A program made the position numbers and the translations under genes. The notes beneath the pieces are model-generated. The model saw only the letters and a program-made list of their open reading frames with translations. It did no database searches and was not told the DNA's origin. From the NCBI RefSeq assembly GCF_964355755.1, contig NC_092680.1:1798001-1862000 (forward strand): a DNA stretch of 64,000 bases, written 5' to 3'. Of this stretch, positions 23,201 through 34,850 are shown one piece after another; position 1 is the first letter of the stretch, and every line of letters starts with the position of its first letter. This DNA is from Antedon mediterranea. Its lineage: Eukaryota; Animalia; Echinodermata.

Positions 23201-24922
23201 GGGATAGAGTGGGCTCGGGTGTTCCTCAGGGATCAGTGTTAGGCCCGCTTCTATTCAATCTCTTTGTTTATGACCTACCTCTAAATACCTCTTCTGTTAT
23301 GAAGCAGTATGCAGATGATACAGTAATTTATAAACCTGTATTCAGTCGTCATGATGCACTTACCTTACAACAGGATCTTTGTAAAATTTCCAAATGGTGT
23401 GAGGATAATAAAATGAAATTAAATGCAAAGAAGTGTAAAGTCATGCACATAACTAGGAAACGTAATTATATCACTCATTTTATTTATACAATCGAATCCA
23501 ATCCCCTTGAAGCTGTTAATTCACATAAATATCTTGGTATTAACTTCTCACGTGATTTAACATGGTCTGCTCACGTTAATGATGTACGTATCGATGAAAT
23601 CTATGAGAATGCTTGGGTTTATCAAACGGTTTGTAGGTTTCAATGACACCGAAATTTTACTACGACTTTTTAATGCACTATGTCGACCTGTTATTGAATA
23701 TGGTGCTCCTGTGTGGGATCCACATCAAAAACAACATAATATAGCTATTAACAAGTCATTAAGACGGGTTACTAAATTGTGTGTTGAAGGCGATTTCACT
23801 GACAGGCTTAAGATACTAAATTTACCAGATATGGTTCAAAGAATGAAATTTCATAGTATAATTTTTGTAGTTAAGTGTTTGCATAAGTTAATTGATTTTG
23901 ATATATTTGAATACCTTACAATTAATTCTCGGTATCCAGAGTCCCTCACCTTTAAACACATGTATGCTAGAACTAATGCATTTAAATACTCCCTGTTTGT
24001 TAATTTCCCTCGAATATGGGAATGTATCCCGCATGAAGTTCGTAACAAAGTCCTGTTTAACTTTGGTGGGTTTAGAAGGGACTTGAAAAAATGTATTACT
24101 GATATCGAATTCATCTAGACTTTCTCTGTGTTTTTATGTCTATTGCGTTTTTCGTACTATTAGTTGGGAAAGCCACTCGACAGTGCGGTTCTTTTGAACT
24201 GATCTACTTTTGGTTACCCGCAGGTGCTGATAGTGTACTTTTGTTCTGTTTTATTGAATGATGCCGTACCTTGTTTTTGATTTTTGTATGTTACCTGGAA
24301 ATTGAATAAAAAAAAAATAAAAAAAAATAGAACACTCTTTATTGACATTTTAAATGTAATGTTTGTTTCAAATATTGTTTGTAGCTAGATATAGTCTGGG
24401 ACAGATACGGCACTTTCTTTACAGATGTTGTTTTGTTTTTAGCGATTCTACCGTGCTACACCTTTCATTATGTTTTCAAACCCGTCTTTCACAGGCAACG
24501 CTGTTAGTTCTTTCTTCAAATTATACGTTAAAAAAAGCCGTGGAATGGCGTAGGATATTCAATCCACTGTTTCCAAATGAAGGCATATATGAAGAAGGTT
24601 TTCCAAAAGTAAGTGGATGTTGATTGCTAGCATACCACCCACCGTTACCACCCACCGTAAATTACGAATAATACGAGGTCAATTTGTAATTGAAGCTAAT
24701 ATTTTGAGTTTAATATTTTTATTTTGTAAATTAGTTTTTGAACATGATAACTTACTATTTTGTTATTTATAGGAAGTTTTATCAGGCTTGGAGAAACTCG
24801 GTCACGTTGTAACACAACTGCCATCGTATAAGTTCGCGGTTACCCAAGCTATATTAAAGGATGACAATGGTATAGATGCGTACTCGGACTCGAGAAAACA
24901 GGGGCAAGCCGCAGGATATTGA
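17221..24922 (+). CDS. GGT: Gamma-glutamyltranspeptidase family paralog C (10+ coding exons; atypical active site)
   Basis: Exons 17221-17378 (may extend to an acceptor at 17189/17190, implying an upstream exon), 17493-17713, 17866-18058, 18787-18959, 19260-19406, 19671-19798, 20261-20460, 20643-20877, 24495-24608 and 24773-24922. Exon lengths 221/193/173/147/128/200/114 are identical to GGT-B. Motifs GS|[20 protein letters not shown] and [11 protein letters not shown]. Intron 3 is AT...AA. Confidence 0.9.
18102..18647. mobile_element. Non-autonomous Kolobok-like DNA transposon (family D), inverted relative to the 62588 copy
   Basis: TIR AGATGTATTGTCCC / GGGACAATACATCT with TTAA at 18648-18651. 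The internal sequence is the reverse complement of 62588-63130. Confidence 0.75.
21650..24327 (+). mobile_element. 5'-truncated, decayed CR1/L2-group LINE (APE endonuclease + reverse transcriptase)
   Basis: Endonuclease motifs FRPP, GDFN, IDLVL and SDH. RT motifs [48 protein letters not shown] and [11 protein letters not shown]. In-frame TAA at 21845-21847 and frameshifts near 22500-22630 and 23590. A-rich tail at 24305-24327. Confidence 0.92.
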
Positions 24923-25518
24923 TGATCAATAGGCCTACCTATTATTTATAAATATTGATTGATGATTGGTTGTTACCCTACCAAATCTAATTAGATAATC
25001 ATAGCACTTCTTTATCAATTTCAAAAAATTAATAATATGTAATGCAAATATCGACCCTCTTCTATTTTGATAAAGCGCGCATAATAAATCTTAGTATTAA
25101 AAGATATATTAACAAACAAGAATATAGGCCTAATCTGTGCTTATTTACATTTTTTTACATTTTACAGGTTGCAAACCATAGTCATAATTTGAACCGGGAA
25201 ACCGTTTAATAATATTAAAAATGAATTTTGATGGTGACAAAACAGTATTGATGAGAGACCATCAATCCTTTGAAATCGTTAATAAAGAAAATCGTATTAA
25301 AAACAGTCTATTTTTATTCGCATTGTGACTTCTTTAAAAGTATTGTTGAATATCAGACCCCTGGAATAAATGAAAAGATGAGACATTCATGATCACTTGA
25401 ATTGTCATTATGTACTATACTTTTACTTTAGTTAAAAAATTCAAAAAGAGAGCCCTCTATTTTAGATCAGACAAAAACAAAACAAAATCTTGTTTTTTGA
25501 GTGTTGGCTCGTAAAAGT

Positions 25519-28500
25519 ATGTTTTGCAGATCAACCATACTGTATTTATGTAGGCGATGCAGTAAGTTTTTGAGAAATGATGTAGCTTTGTATTCAAGTA
25601 TTTCTAAAACCAACAAATATGACAACACGGCGGTTGTTGAATCATCACCGGCTAGGCCTAGGCCTAAGCCTAATCCTAGTCAGGAAAGGCAAGCATCCGA
25701 CAATCATCGACAGGCATCGATGCCCTTTAGTGGGGCGAAGCTTGGTGTGTTTACGCAAGTGAAGCCCAAGTTGACTAATGTTTTTACTGAAGATAAACTA
25801 CTTACAGATTTCCTCAAACGGACGATGCCAAAAGATGTAGGTTTCATTTTTTTTTTATCATGAATGACCTTTTGGTGGTCTATGATGAGTAAGAATAGAT
25901 ATAGGATAATCCTTTTTATTTGTGGCCGGACATGACCTTTTAATACGTACCTGGATATGCAAATTAGGTGACCTGAATAAGTGAATGATATTACTAGGTA
26001 GGTAGGTAGGTAGGTGTACATACACATACACATACTTCTTGAAAGTGTAAAATTGGTATGGTATCAATTAATAATGATGATGTTTTTTTTTCAAACATTT
26101 TTACATTTTTCAGGTGCTGCAAGAAATTTATTCGGATTTGGAAAGGTTTGGTAAAAGAGTTGCAACAGAAATCGATGATCTTGGAAAAGAATGCGAGAAA
26201 AATGTACCAAAAATTATAACATTTGATGCATGGGGTAACAGAATTGACGAATTGATCACATGTGATGCCTGGAAGAAACAGCACGATATATCAGCTGAGG
26301 AAGGACTCGTAGCAATACCTTATGAAAAGCAGTATGGCCCATGGAGGTAATTTCAATTTCTTTTATTTCAACTTTGTTTTGCCTGTCAAAAACAGGTGAT
26401 ATAGATTATAGTAGAAAAATTATCATTCAAGATATGTTTTGCTGCCTCAACTGTATTACGGTATATAAACTTTATATTTATAATTGTCTAGCCTGATTTT
26501 TATCTATGCATATCATACATATCTATATGACCTGGTTATTGTATTTGCTTTTATATTTATCTTTCACTTCAGCCATCTATATCAATTTGTTAGTTGTATC
26601 TACCACGATCTGACAATTTTATTTCTGTTTTATTTTCATCTTTCAGTCGAGTATACCAACTTGTTAAGCTCTATCTATATGCGCCATCATCAGGGCTGTA
26701 TTCGTGTCCTTTGGCTATGACTGATGGAGCTGCTAAATTTTTTCAGGTGACTTTCTTTTTATAGAAAAACATTTTTTTGGAAAATCAGTGAAAATAGGTG
26801 CCTAAAAATGGCAAATTTTAGGTGCCAAACTGAAATTATATTTTTATTATAGTTTTGCACAATTTAGGGGGGCCTAGGCCCTTGAATTCGCCTTTGTAGA
26901 GAGGTAGCAGTTGACAGCCAGCAAACAGGTTTTTTAAAATGCCAATTAATTTTTCATTTATATTTTGTTAGATCCACCCAGATTTACCTATGAATGAGCG
27001 GGCATTTTCAAGACTTATTTCTCGTGACCCAAAGCACTTCTGGACGTCTGGTCAGTGGATGACTGAGAAGAAAGGCGGTTCTGATGTCGGTATGTGTCAA
27101 CAGAAGTAGGCAGTATTTCTACAAATTTTTGTGACATTGCACAAACATGTGATGTGCCCAAATGTGGTAGTGATATTCCTTAATATGGTAGTGATATGAC
27201 ATCATCATGTCCATATATGGGCACATCACATTTATTTGTCACATAAAGTTTGATAGTGTAGATAGAGCTTTACAAAATGTATTTTATTACCATACGAATT
27301 TAAGTTACTAGATTATAAAGATTCTTTTTATTTAGGTCTGGGGACAGAAACGTTGGCTGTTCCTCAGCATGATGGCTCGTACAAACTGCATGGGTTTAAG
27401 TGGTTCTCATCCGCTACTGATGCTGACATGACACTGACACTTGCTAGAATAGTAGATGAATCTGGACAAGCAACACCAGTAAGTTCATACTTAAAACACC
27501 ATAAATTGAAGAATAACATAACATTCTTTCATATTTTTAATTTCTTTTTTTTTTAATGAGACTTTAGAAACAAAAAATTGACACAAACCTGGTTCTGTAA
27601 TGAAAACAATGCAAATTTTGTGCATTTTGCTTGGACCCCTTTCACACAGAAAAATTAAAGAAATTATTATCTTGTGTGTGAAAGGTGTAGACAGACAACA
27701 ACATTGGCTTTCTAACCCAAATAAAGCTGCCATTTTTTAGAAGGCAGCATATTTTTAAATAATGCAACATCATAATAATAAAGAATTGATTAGTGTTTTT
27801 ATTCCTTTTTTGTTTTTTTCCTGTGAAGCGCATTATGCGCTTAAGAGTCCAAATGTATTATTATTATTCTAGTCAATCAAGTGTGAATGAAGCCTAATTC
27901 TGTAATTTCAGTGTGAAAGATGCTTTAATTTCAGTGTGAATGAGGCTTTAATTTCAGTTTGAAAGAGGCTTTAATTTTACCTGTCAACTCTATAGGGATC
28001 AAGAGGACTGTCAATGTTCTATGTAGAAACAAAGACTATTGATGGTACATTAAATGGTATTGAGATACAAAAGTTAAAAGACAAGCTAGGCACAAGGCAG
28101 CTACCAACAGCTGAACTGCTTCTAGATGGTACCATTGCCCAACTGGTAAGAGCTCTTCACTGTAATGTATGTAAGGTTAAGTCAATTCAATCTTTTAATT
28201 TTGACGTCGCTTGAGTAGACACCCTTAAATCATGACATTAAACTACATACACCTTTTGAATCTACGACTGTCCTTTACCTAAGTTCCCTATTGTTATTAA
28301 CTTCTGTTAGGTATCACAGAAAGGGAAGGGAGTGTCTAGCATTACCACTATGTTGACTATCTCAAGAATACATACAATTATGATGGCTGTCAGCAGTATG
28401 AGAAGGTCAGTTCTAATATTAAACTTCTTTTCTCTTTTTTTTGGTATGGTTTTAGGTGTCAGATGAAGGAAGAGGGGTGGTTGGTATAACTCCAATGTTA

Positions 28501-31224
28501 ACCATTACCAGGTTACATAACACATTATCAGCTGCGTCATCTATGAGAAGGTAACAAGATTCTCATACAAGTTGTGGCTTTGGCAATGTTCTTGTGAACA
28601 GACTATACTTTGACGACATCCATTGTACAATTTGTACAGAATTGTTCATTTTCTTTATCTTTTGTTCTGATTATTAAAAAAAGTTGTGCAATTTCTACAG
28701 AATAGTGCATTTAGCCAGAGATTTTTGCCTAAAGAGGGCGGCATTTGGTAAAGTTATTGTAGAACATCCTCTCCACATGCAGACACTTTCAAGACTTGAG
28801 GTACCGTTTTGTTGTAGTTTTACAAAGAGATTTAGAATAAAGAAAATATATGGTTTCATTTATATATGTGGCTAATTATATACATTGAATGATGCTTAAA
28901 AAGTGGTGTTACATATCTGTAATATCAAAATCTTTGAAAAGTACTACTTTAAAGTAGTGGAGTAGAGTAGTGAGAGAGGCAAATGCAAGTATTTTGTATC
29001 CGTAGGCAAAATACTTTACTTACGTTTGCCTCTCTTTACCCTGGTTACTAGTTGCATTATGGGATTATGTTTCCATACATGTTTGATAAATTTATCAATG
29101 GGGTAATAATGTTCAGCACTTTGAGGTTTCACAAAGTGAGTGGCCGAGCGGTTAAGACAGTGGAACCGTAATCACGTAGCCATAACATCGGCAGGGGTTC
29201 GAGGCTCACTCACTCCATGGTTCTGGTGGTAGAACGAGTCTTCTCGGATAAGGACTATAAACCGTAGGTCCAGTGTACACAACTTGCTCGTGTGCACTTT
29301 AAAGAACCTAGTACATCTTTCGAGACGAGTAGGGGGTTACCCCGGTGTATTAGTACATCACAGCCACTGATCACCAACTGGGCCCTCTGAGAGATCAGTC
29401 TTTGACTGAAGAGGTCACCCAGTATAAATATATAAAGATAAAACAAACAAACAAATCCAGGATATTATTATTTTGTTTGCATTCATTGTGTTTTGTTATC
29501 AGGTAGAATCAAGAGCAGCCTTCTTAATGGTAATGGAAATTGGTCGTCTGCTTGGCTTAGAAGATTGTGGTGAAGCCAGTGATGATGAGTTGGATATGCT
29601 GAGGCTGTTGACACCTTTGGCTAAGCTATATACTGGTAAACAGGTAAGATATATAGCTCAGTATTCAGCTTGAAATATGTTAAATTATTGAAATCTAATA
29701 TAATATAAATATTGTTATTGTTTTGTGTTATTGATAAAAAATTAATATTAATCTGTCAATAAATAGAATACCAAATATTATGATTGTTTATATATGTACA
29801 GGCTGTTTCAGTAGCATCAGAAGCCTTAGAATGCTTTGGAGGACAGGGCTACATTGAGGACACAGGTTTGCCTGTATTTTTAAGAGACGCTCAGGTAATT
29901 TAATGAATACGCCCAGTCATTTTTATTCATAGATGATCTATGAGCATTTTCTAAATTTAAGTACAATATACGACAACAGGCACACATTTTAAATTTGTAT
30001 AACCATGTGTTATAGGTCCTCAGTATTTGGGAAGGAACAACGAATATTTTATCTCTGGACGTGTTACGTGCCATCACAAAGAGCAATGGAAAAGTATTAT
30101 TGTCGTTCTTTAAAGACGTTGAACAAAAACTTACAAAAGTGGCCATGTCAGAGGTCAATGACCTTCAAAATAGTACACTTAATGTCTCGCAAGCTCTTAA
30201 GGTAAATCTTTTGACAATTTTTGTTGTCTTATGTATTTTATTTTATAGGTTTCTTGTTAGTACCCAGATTGTATCCACGATGTCATTGTAAGCTCATAAA
30301 TTGAATATCTACACTATCAAACTTTATTTGACAAGAAAATATGATCTGCCCATATATGGACATAATGTCATATCACTACCATATTTAAGCATACCACTAC
30401 CATATTTGGGCACATCACACTTTTTTTTGTCAAACTCATTTAAAGTGTAGACAGAGCTTAAACTTAAAAACATGGTTTTTTGACTAATCATATGCTGTAG
30501 GAATTTCTCAGAACCTCCATTAAATCTTTATTCTTTTATAAAGGTTTCCTCTTGGTTATTTGCCAAATTTCTAATAAATAAATCTTTCTCTAACATACAC
30601 CTGAAGGAATATTTTATTATTATAATAAGTAATTATATAAGTAATAATTTTACTTTACTGGTTTAAGAACCTATCTATCCACCAACTTTAATATTTTATG
30701 TAGATTTCTATACAATTTGAATGTCAATTTTATTTTAAAAATATATATCCTTTGTAGGATGTAAAGGAATTTGTAGAAATGTCATCTCAACAGTCATTAT
30801 CATTTATGGAAGCTGCAGCGCGAGATTTTGCGTTTAGTTTATCAAGAATCTACATGGCAGCTGTTATGTTGGATCACGCCGCCTGGCAAGGAGCAGACGC
30901 GTCTGATGTCATGGCTGCCAAACGGTAAGAATACTAGTTTTTGCAGGACCACATACACGTTAACTTTAATGCTTTTTTCCAACAAGCAATGTGATACACA
31001 TTGTATATGCCAGTTGATATTCAGAGCCCCCAATTGAATTAGGGGATGAATTCAAGAAAGTTTACCCACTCAATCCTTTCTTGAAATTTCTTGTATACTG
31101 TAGGTGGTGTGAAATGGATCTTGTACCAGTGATAAAAAATGCCGCTAATGGACACTATAGTTGTGAAGCATATGGACTGGATTATGCAATGGTATTAAAT
31201 GGTCATCCAGAAGCCAGTAGGTAG
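25519..31224 (+). CDS. Acyl-CoA dehydrogenase of the AidB / invertebrate ACDH-11 (ACAD11-like) type, probably mitochondrial
   Basis: 13 GT-AG exons: 25519-25836, 26114-26346, 26647-26746, 26972-27089, 27336-27478, 27996-28145, 28311-28405, 28701-28800, 29503-29643, 29802-29894, 30016-30201, 30759-30924 and 31104-31224. Motifs [55 protein letters not shown] and [19 protein letters not shown]. The Arg/Ser-rich N-terminus resembles a mitochondrial presequence. Confidence 0.92.
29134..29455 (+). mobile_element. tRNA-derived SINE, full length
   Basis: A-box TGGCCGAGCGG, B-box GGTTCGAGGC, a conserved body and an (AAAC)n tail. Diverged copies lie at 44281-44570 (+) and ~43005-43301 (-). Confidence 0.85.
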
Positions 31225-34200
31225 ACTTTAAAAAACCAAGAGGTGTGTGGGCAGTACCAGAGGCATGTGTTTGGTAGGAAAAGAATTTACTACTGGTATA
31301 AACCTATTGTACATACACACTTTTTGTGCAGGATAAGTCAGAAGCCGAAAGGAGGAGATCTGTAGGCAGTAAGGCGACTTACTGGATATGGTGAAGTGAA
31401 CAAGACTGTTGGTGTAAACTTACAATCATACACATACATTTATGTGCACAAGACCAAAAACAGTCATGCAGGAGCCAGTAGGCAGACATCGAAAGGCAGA
31501 GAGCTGTTCAGACAACATTCTTGGTAGACATGTGACATAAATAAAACAGAAGTTTACAAGACTACTGGCGCAAAAGGCGTGTACATTACATTTGTACACA
31601 AACATGACATGGTTCTCCAATATTATACTGTTAAGTCTAAATAATGTACATTATATCAACTACTTTATTAAAAGATTAAATATTAAGTACATATTAAAGG
31701 TACTAACATTTCATTAATAAAGAAAATGTGGTTAAATATTGTGAATTTACTGATAAAAAAAGCTCATGGAATATTTATATAAGATAACATTTATATTACT
31801 TGGAGTGGTAATGAATATACTGTATATATAATAAACAATTATGGTCATTGGTAGTTTGTTAATGAATATACTGTATATATAATAAACAATTATCGTCATT
31901 GGTAGTTTGTTACTTCTGAAGAATATAAAAATTAGTTGGGAATAGAATTTTCAACAAAATCTCTGTACTATTACTATAGTACAGGGATTTTTTCAAAAAA
32001 ATAGCAATATATCCCCCTTTTATTTTTCGACGTTACTATGGCTCTACACGATGATGATAACACAATAATACACATAAATGGCAATATTATTGCATAATTA
32101 TTGAATTTTAATCGATATATAGCTATTTAAAAAATAATCCCTGGAAAAATTGTACGTATTAGCTAACACATACACTTTTTGAGACTGTTTAATAATTATA
32201 AAAATCAACATTTTATTCAAAATACAGAAATTATATAGATTTTTCTTTTAGAAAACAATAATTGCAAAATACAATTTATAATATAAAAACATTGAGAAAA
32301 GCATTAGCCTGATGCAAGTACATATAATGAAAACATATTAATACGGTAGACTATTGTTTGCAAGGTATAAAAAGGCACTTGGAGGTAATTGGCACATCAT
32401 ACTACATATACAATATACAGCAAACTAAAGTATTATGTTAGTTTCTACTTGCAACGACTTAGGCACAATGCAAGTAAGTTTACCAATCACAAGCTACAGT
32501 TTGATGATCAATAGCATTGTGATTAGTCAAATCAAACGTTCTTCTGTTGTGTCCAATTGGAAACACATCTTTAGTGGCCTTCACAAATAGAGACAACAAA
32601 AACCATGAACAAAATCTATGGTAAAACCAATGTAAAGTTTGAGCTTTTTATGCATTATCAGCTTGTGGTAGTTAACAAACCGTGGTAGCCCAGAAAATTT
32701 AATAAAAGCGGTAAGAATTAACTTTCTAAATATTAAAAATCTTGTAAATCGTACATAATTTAGAATTGCTATAAATACAAAACTTGTAATCTTGTATACC
32801 AGATGAACCTAGTTTTAATGCTTATAATACACCATATGTCTAACAATGTGCCCATGCTATGCTTACATAATAACAATCCAGGCAGTACAGTATCAATTCT
32901 TACTTATAAATCCCAAACCCCTTTATTGCCGCCAGATCATTACTGAGAAAGGTCTACTGTTCGATTTATTTTAATTAAAAAAAAGCATTAAATTTACATT
33001 TTATAGTATAACAAACTGAAAATATCTAAAAAATATCTACGTTCTGTTCAATCAAGTACAAAATGTAACACTACACGTTTTTGTTAAGTACATACAAAAA
33101 TGGTATATTCAAATCTCCCAAACTCTCTTAACATCACAAATGTTGTCCTATGATATCAATAAATATGTCAGGAGTTTTTGGGGTCAGCCCAAGAGTGTAG
33201 TGCCTGATTTGGACTATAGGCTCTATCTATATTAAGGCTCGTTGTACACATTTATTATTGCTTTATTTTTCAACCTAAACTAAAAAAACATTTTTACAAA
33301 CAAGGTACTCTTATTAAAAAATTATACATTTAAAAAATTAACAATCACTTTTTCTTGAAAAAAAAAAAACCTCACAAAGATTTAAATTAAATGATGATAG
33401 GCATTTTTATAAATATCTGGAATTATTAATATTAAATTATTTAAATTGAGTATCAAGGTTCATTTTATTTAAGGTATGTATAAAAATAATGACCAACCCA
33501 AATTTAGTCATTATGATAAAGTATTACCCTTATTTAGACATGTCACATGACTTATTCTAAATACCATACTATGGGCACTAGGTAATATATATATATATAC
33601 ATTACTGTCTGTATTTTACCATATTAAAATAAACAATTCTTTTCTAGATATACCATCCCATTTTTGCTATTATATTTGTTTGTTTATATATAGAAAAAAA
33701 CAGTGAAAAATATATTTAAACTTCAGAAAAGAAAGGCATTAATTTAATTTCATTTTTTTCATTTTTCTTGCATTCAAAATGTGTGCGCACTTTTTAAATC
33801 AAGTTTTGCTATACAAATTTTATTTCATGTATATTCAGTACTAGGAATGTAATAATAAGTGGTAGAAATAAAGCTAGCTTGGTTAAAATTGAATTTAGAT
33901 ATTGTTACATACTTTGACGCATTCCCATCAAATTTAGAAATGCGGACGGATTGGACAATTCTATTCTTTAACAGTATATACTTATTTGCTACTTTTTTTT
34001 TCTTTGGCACTATAGGCTTAAACCTATAGCTTCACTGTGAATGTGATATTATATTGTTGCATAATAATTATCAAGGTAATAAATATGATTATGATGTTGA
34101 ACTTGATGGATACTTTGGAAGACTCTTAACTGTATAAACGTAAGCTAATCTCTTACCTACTAAATACACAAAATATCTGGTACAAAATAACAGGATTTCA

Positions 34201-34850
34201 ATATAAGGTACAAAATGTATCATTATTATTGTATTATTGCTTAATAAAATGATTATTATCCAAGTATAAAATCTCTCTTAATCTATAGCAATACGCCACC
34301 AGTTAAACACAATACCTTGTTTATGCCAAAATCATGTACATAATCTATAAAGATAAAACCATTCTGTGTAATGAAAACATCTAAAGTTAATATGTTCTAA
34401 TTTCTAAGCTGATGCAATTTCTGCTATTAACTGAGTAAATACCAAAATATAAAATTTAAAAATTAAAATTAGTAATCTTCTTCAAGGTTGGGAGTTTACG
34501 GTTCTTACAGCATCTATGACATACACAACACAATGGATGTGACAATTTTAAATAAATTCTCAAATAAATTATATACCTAGCAATTAACTTTGCTGAAAAT
34601 TAGAGGGTGGGACTACACATGGATTTTATAAACAATGGACTGGAAATTCTTGTATCTGAATTTAGCTTGAATAAGGGGGTGGGATTATACTTGAGAATAA
34701 GCTTATACTCTGTCCATAGAAATAGTATAATATCTCTATGCTCTGTCATATACAGTATGCGCATATTTCTTCATATTTTTGTTTTGTGAATATAAAGGTA
34801 CAAATTTCTGTTTTTTTAAAATGATTTTTTAAATGCAAAAATATTCAATA

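Noticed and set aside
8577-24922. GGT-B and GGT-C as simple pseudogenes because exon 3 runs into TAA without a GT donor
   Set aside because: Not favoured: all other exons are open with matching lengths and phases, the catalytic residues are kept, and the same unusual termini occur in both genes. It cannot be fully excluded without RNA data.
25519-31224. Bacterial contamination or recent horizontal transfer of aidB
   Set aside because: It has twelve canonical spliceosomal introns containing host repeats, and the family is known in animals.
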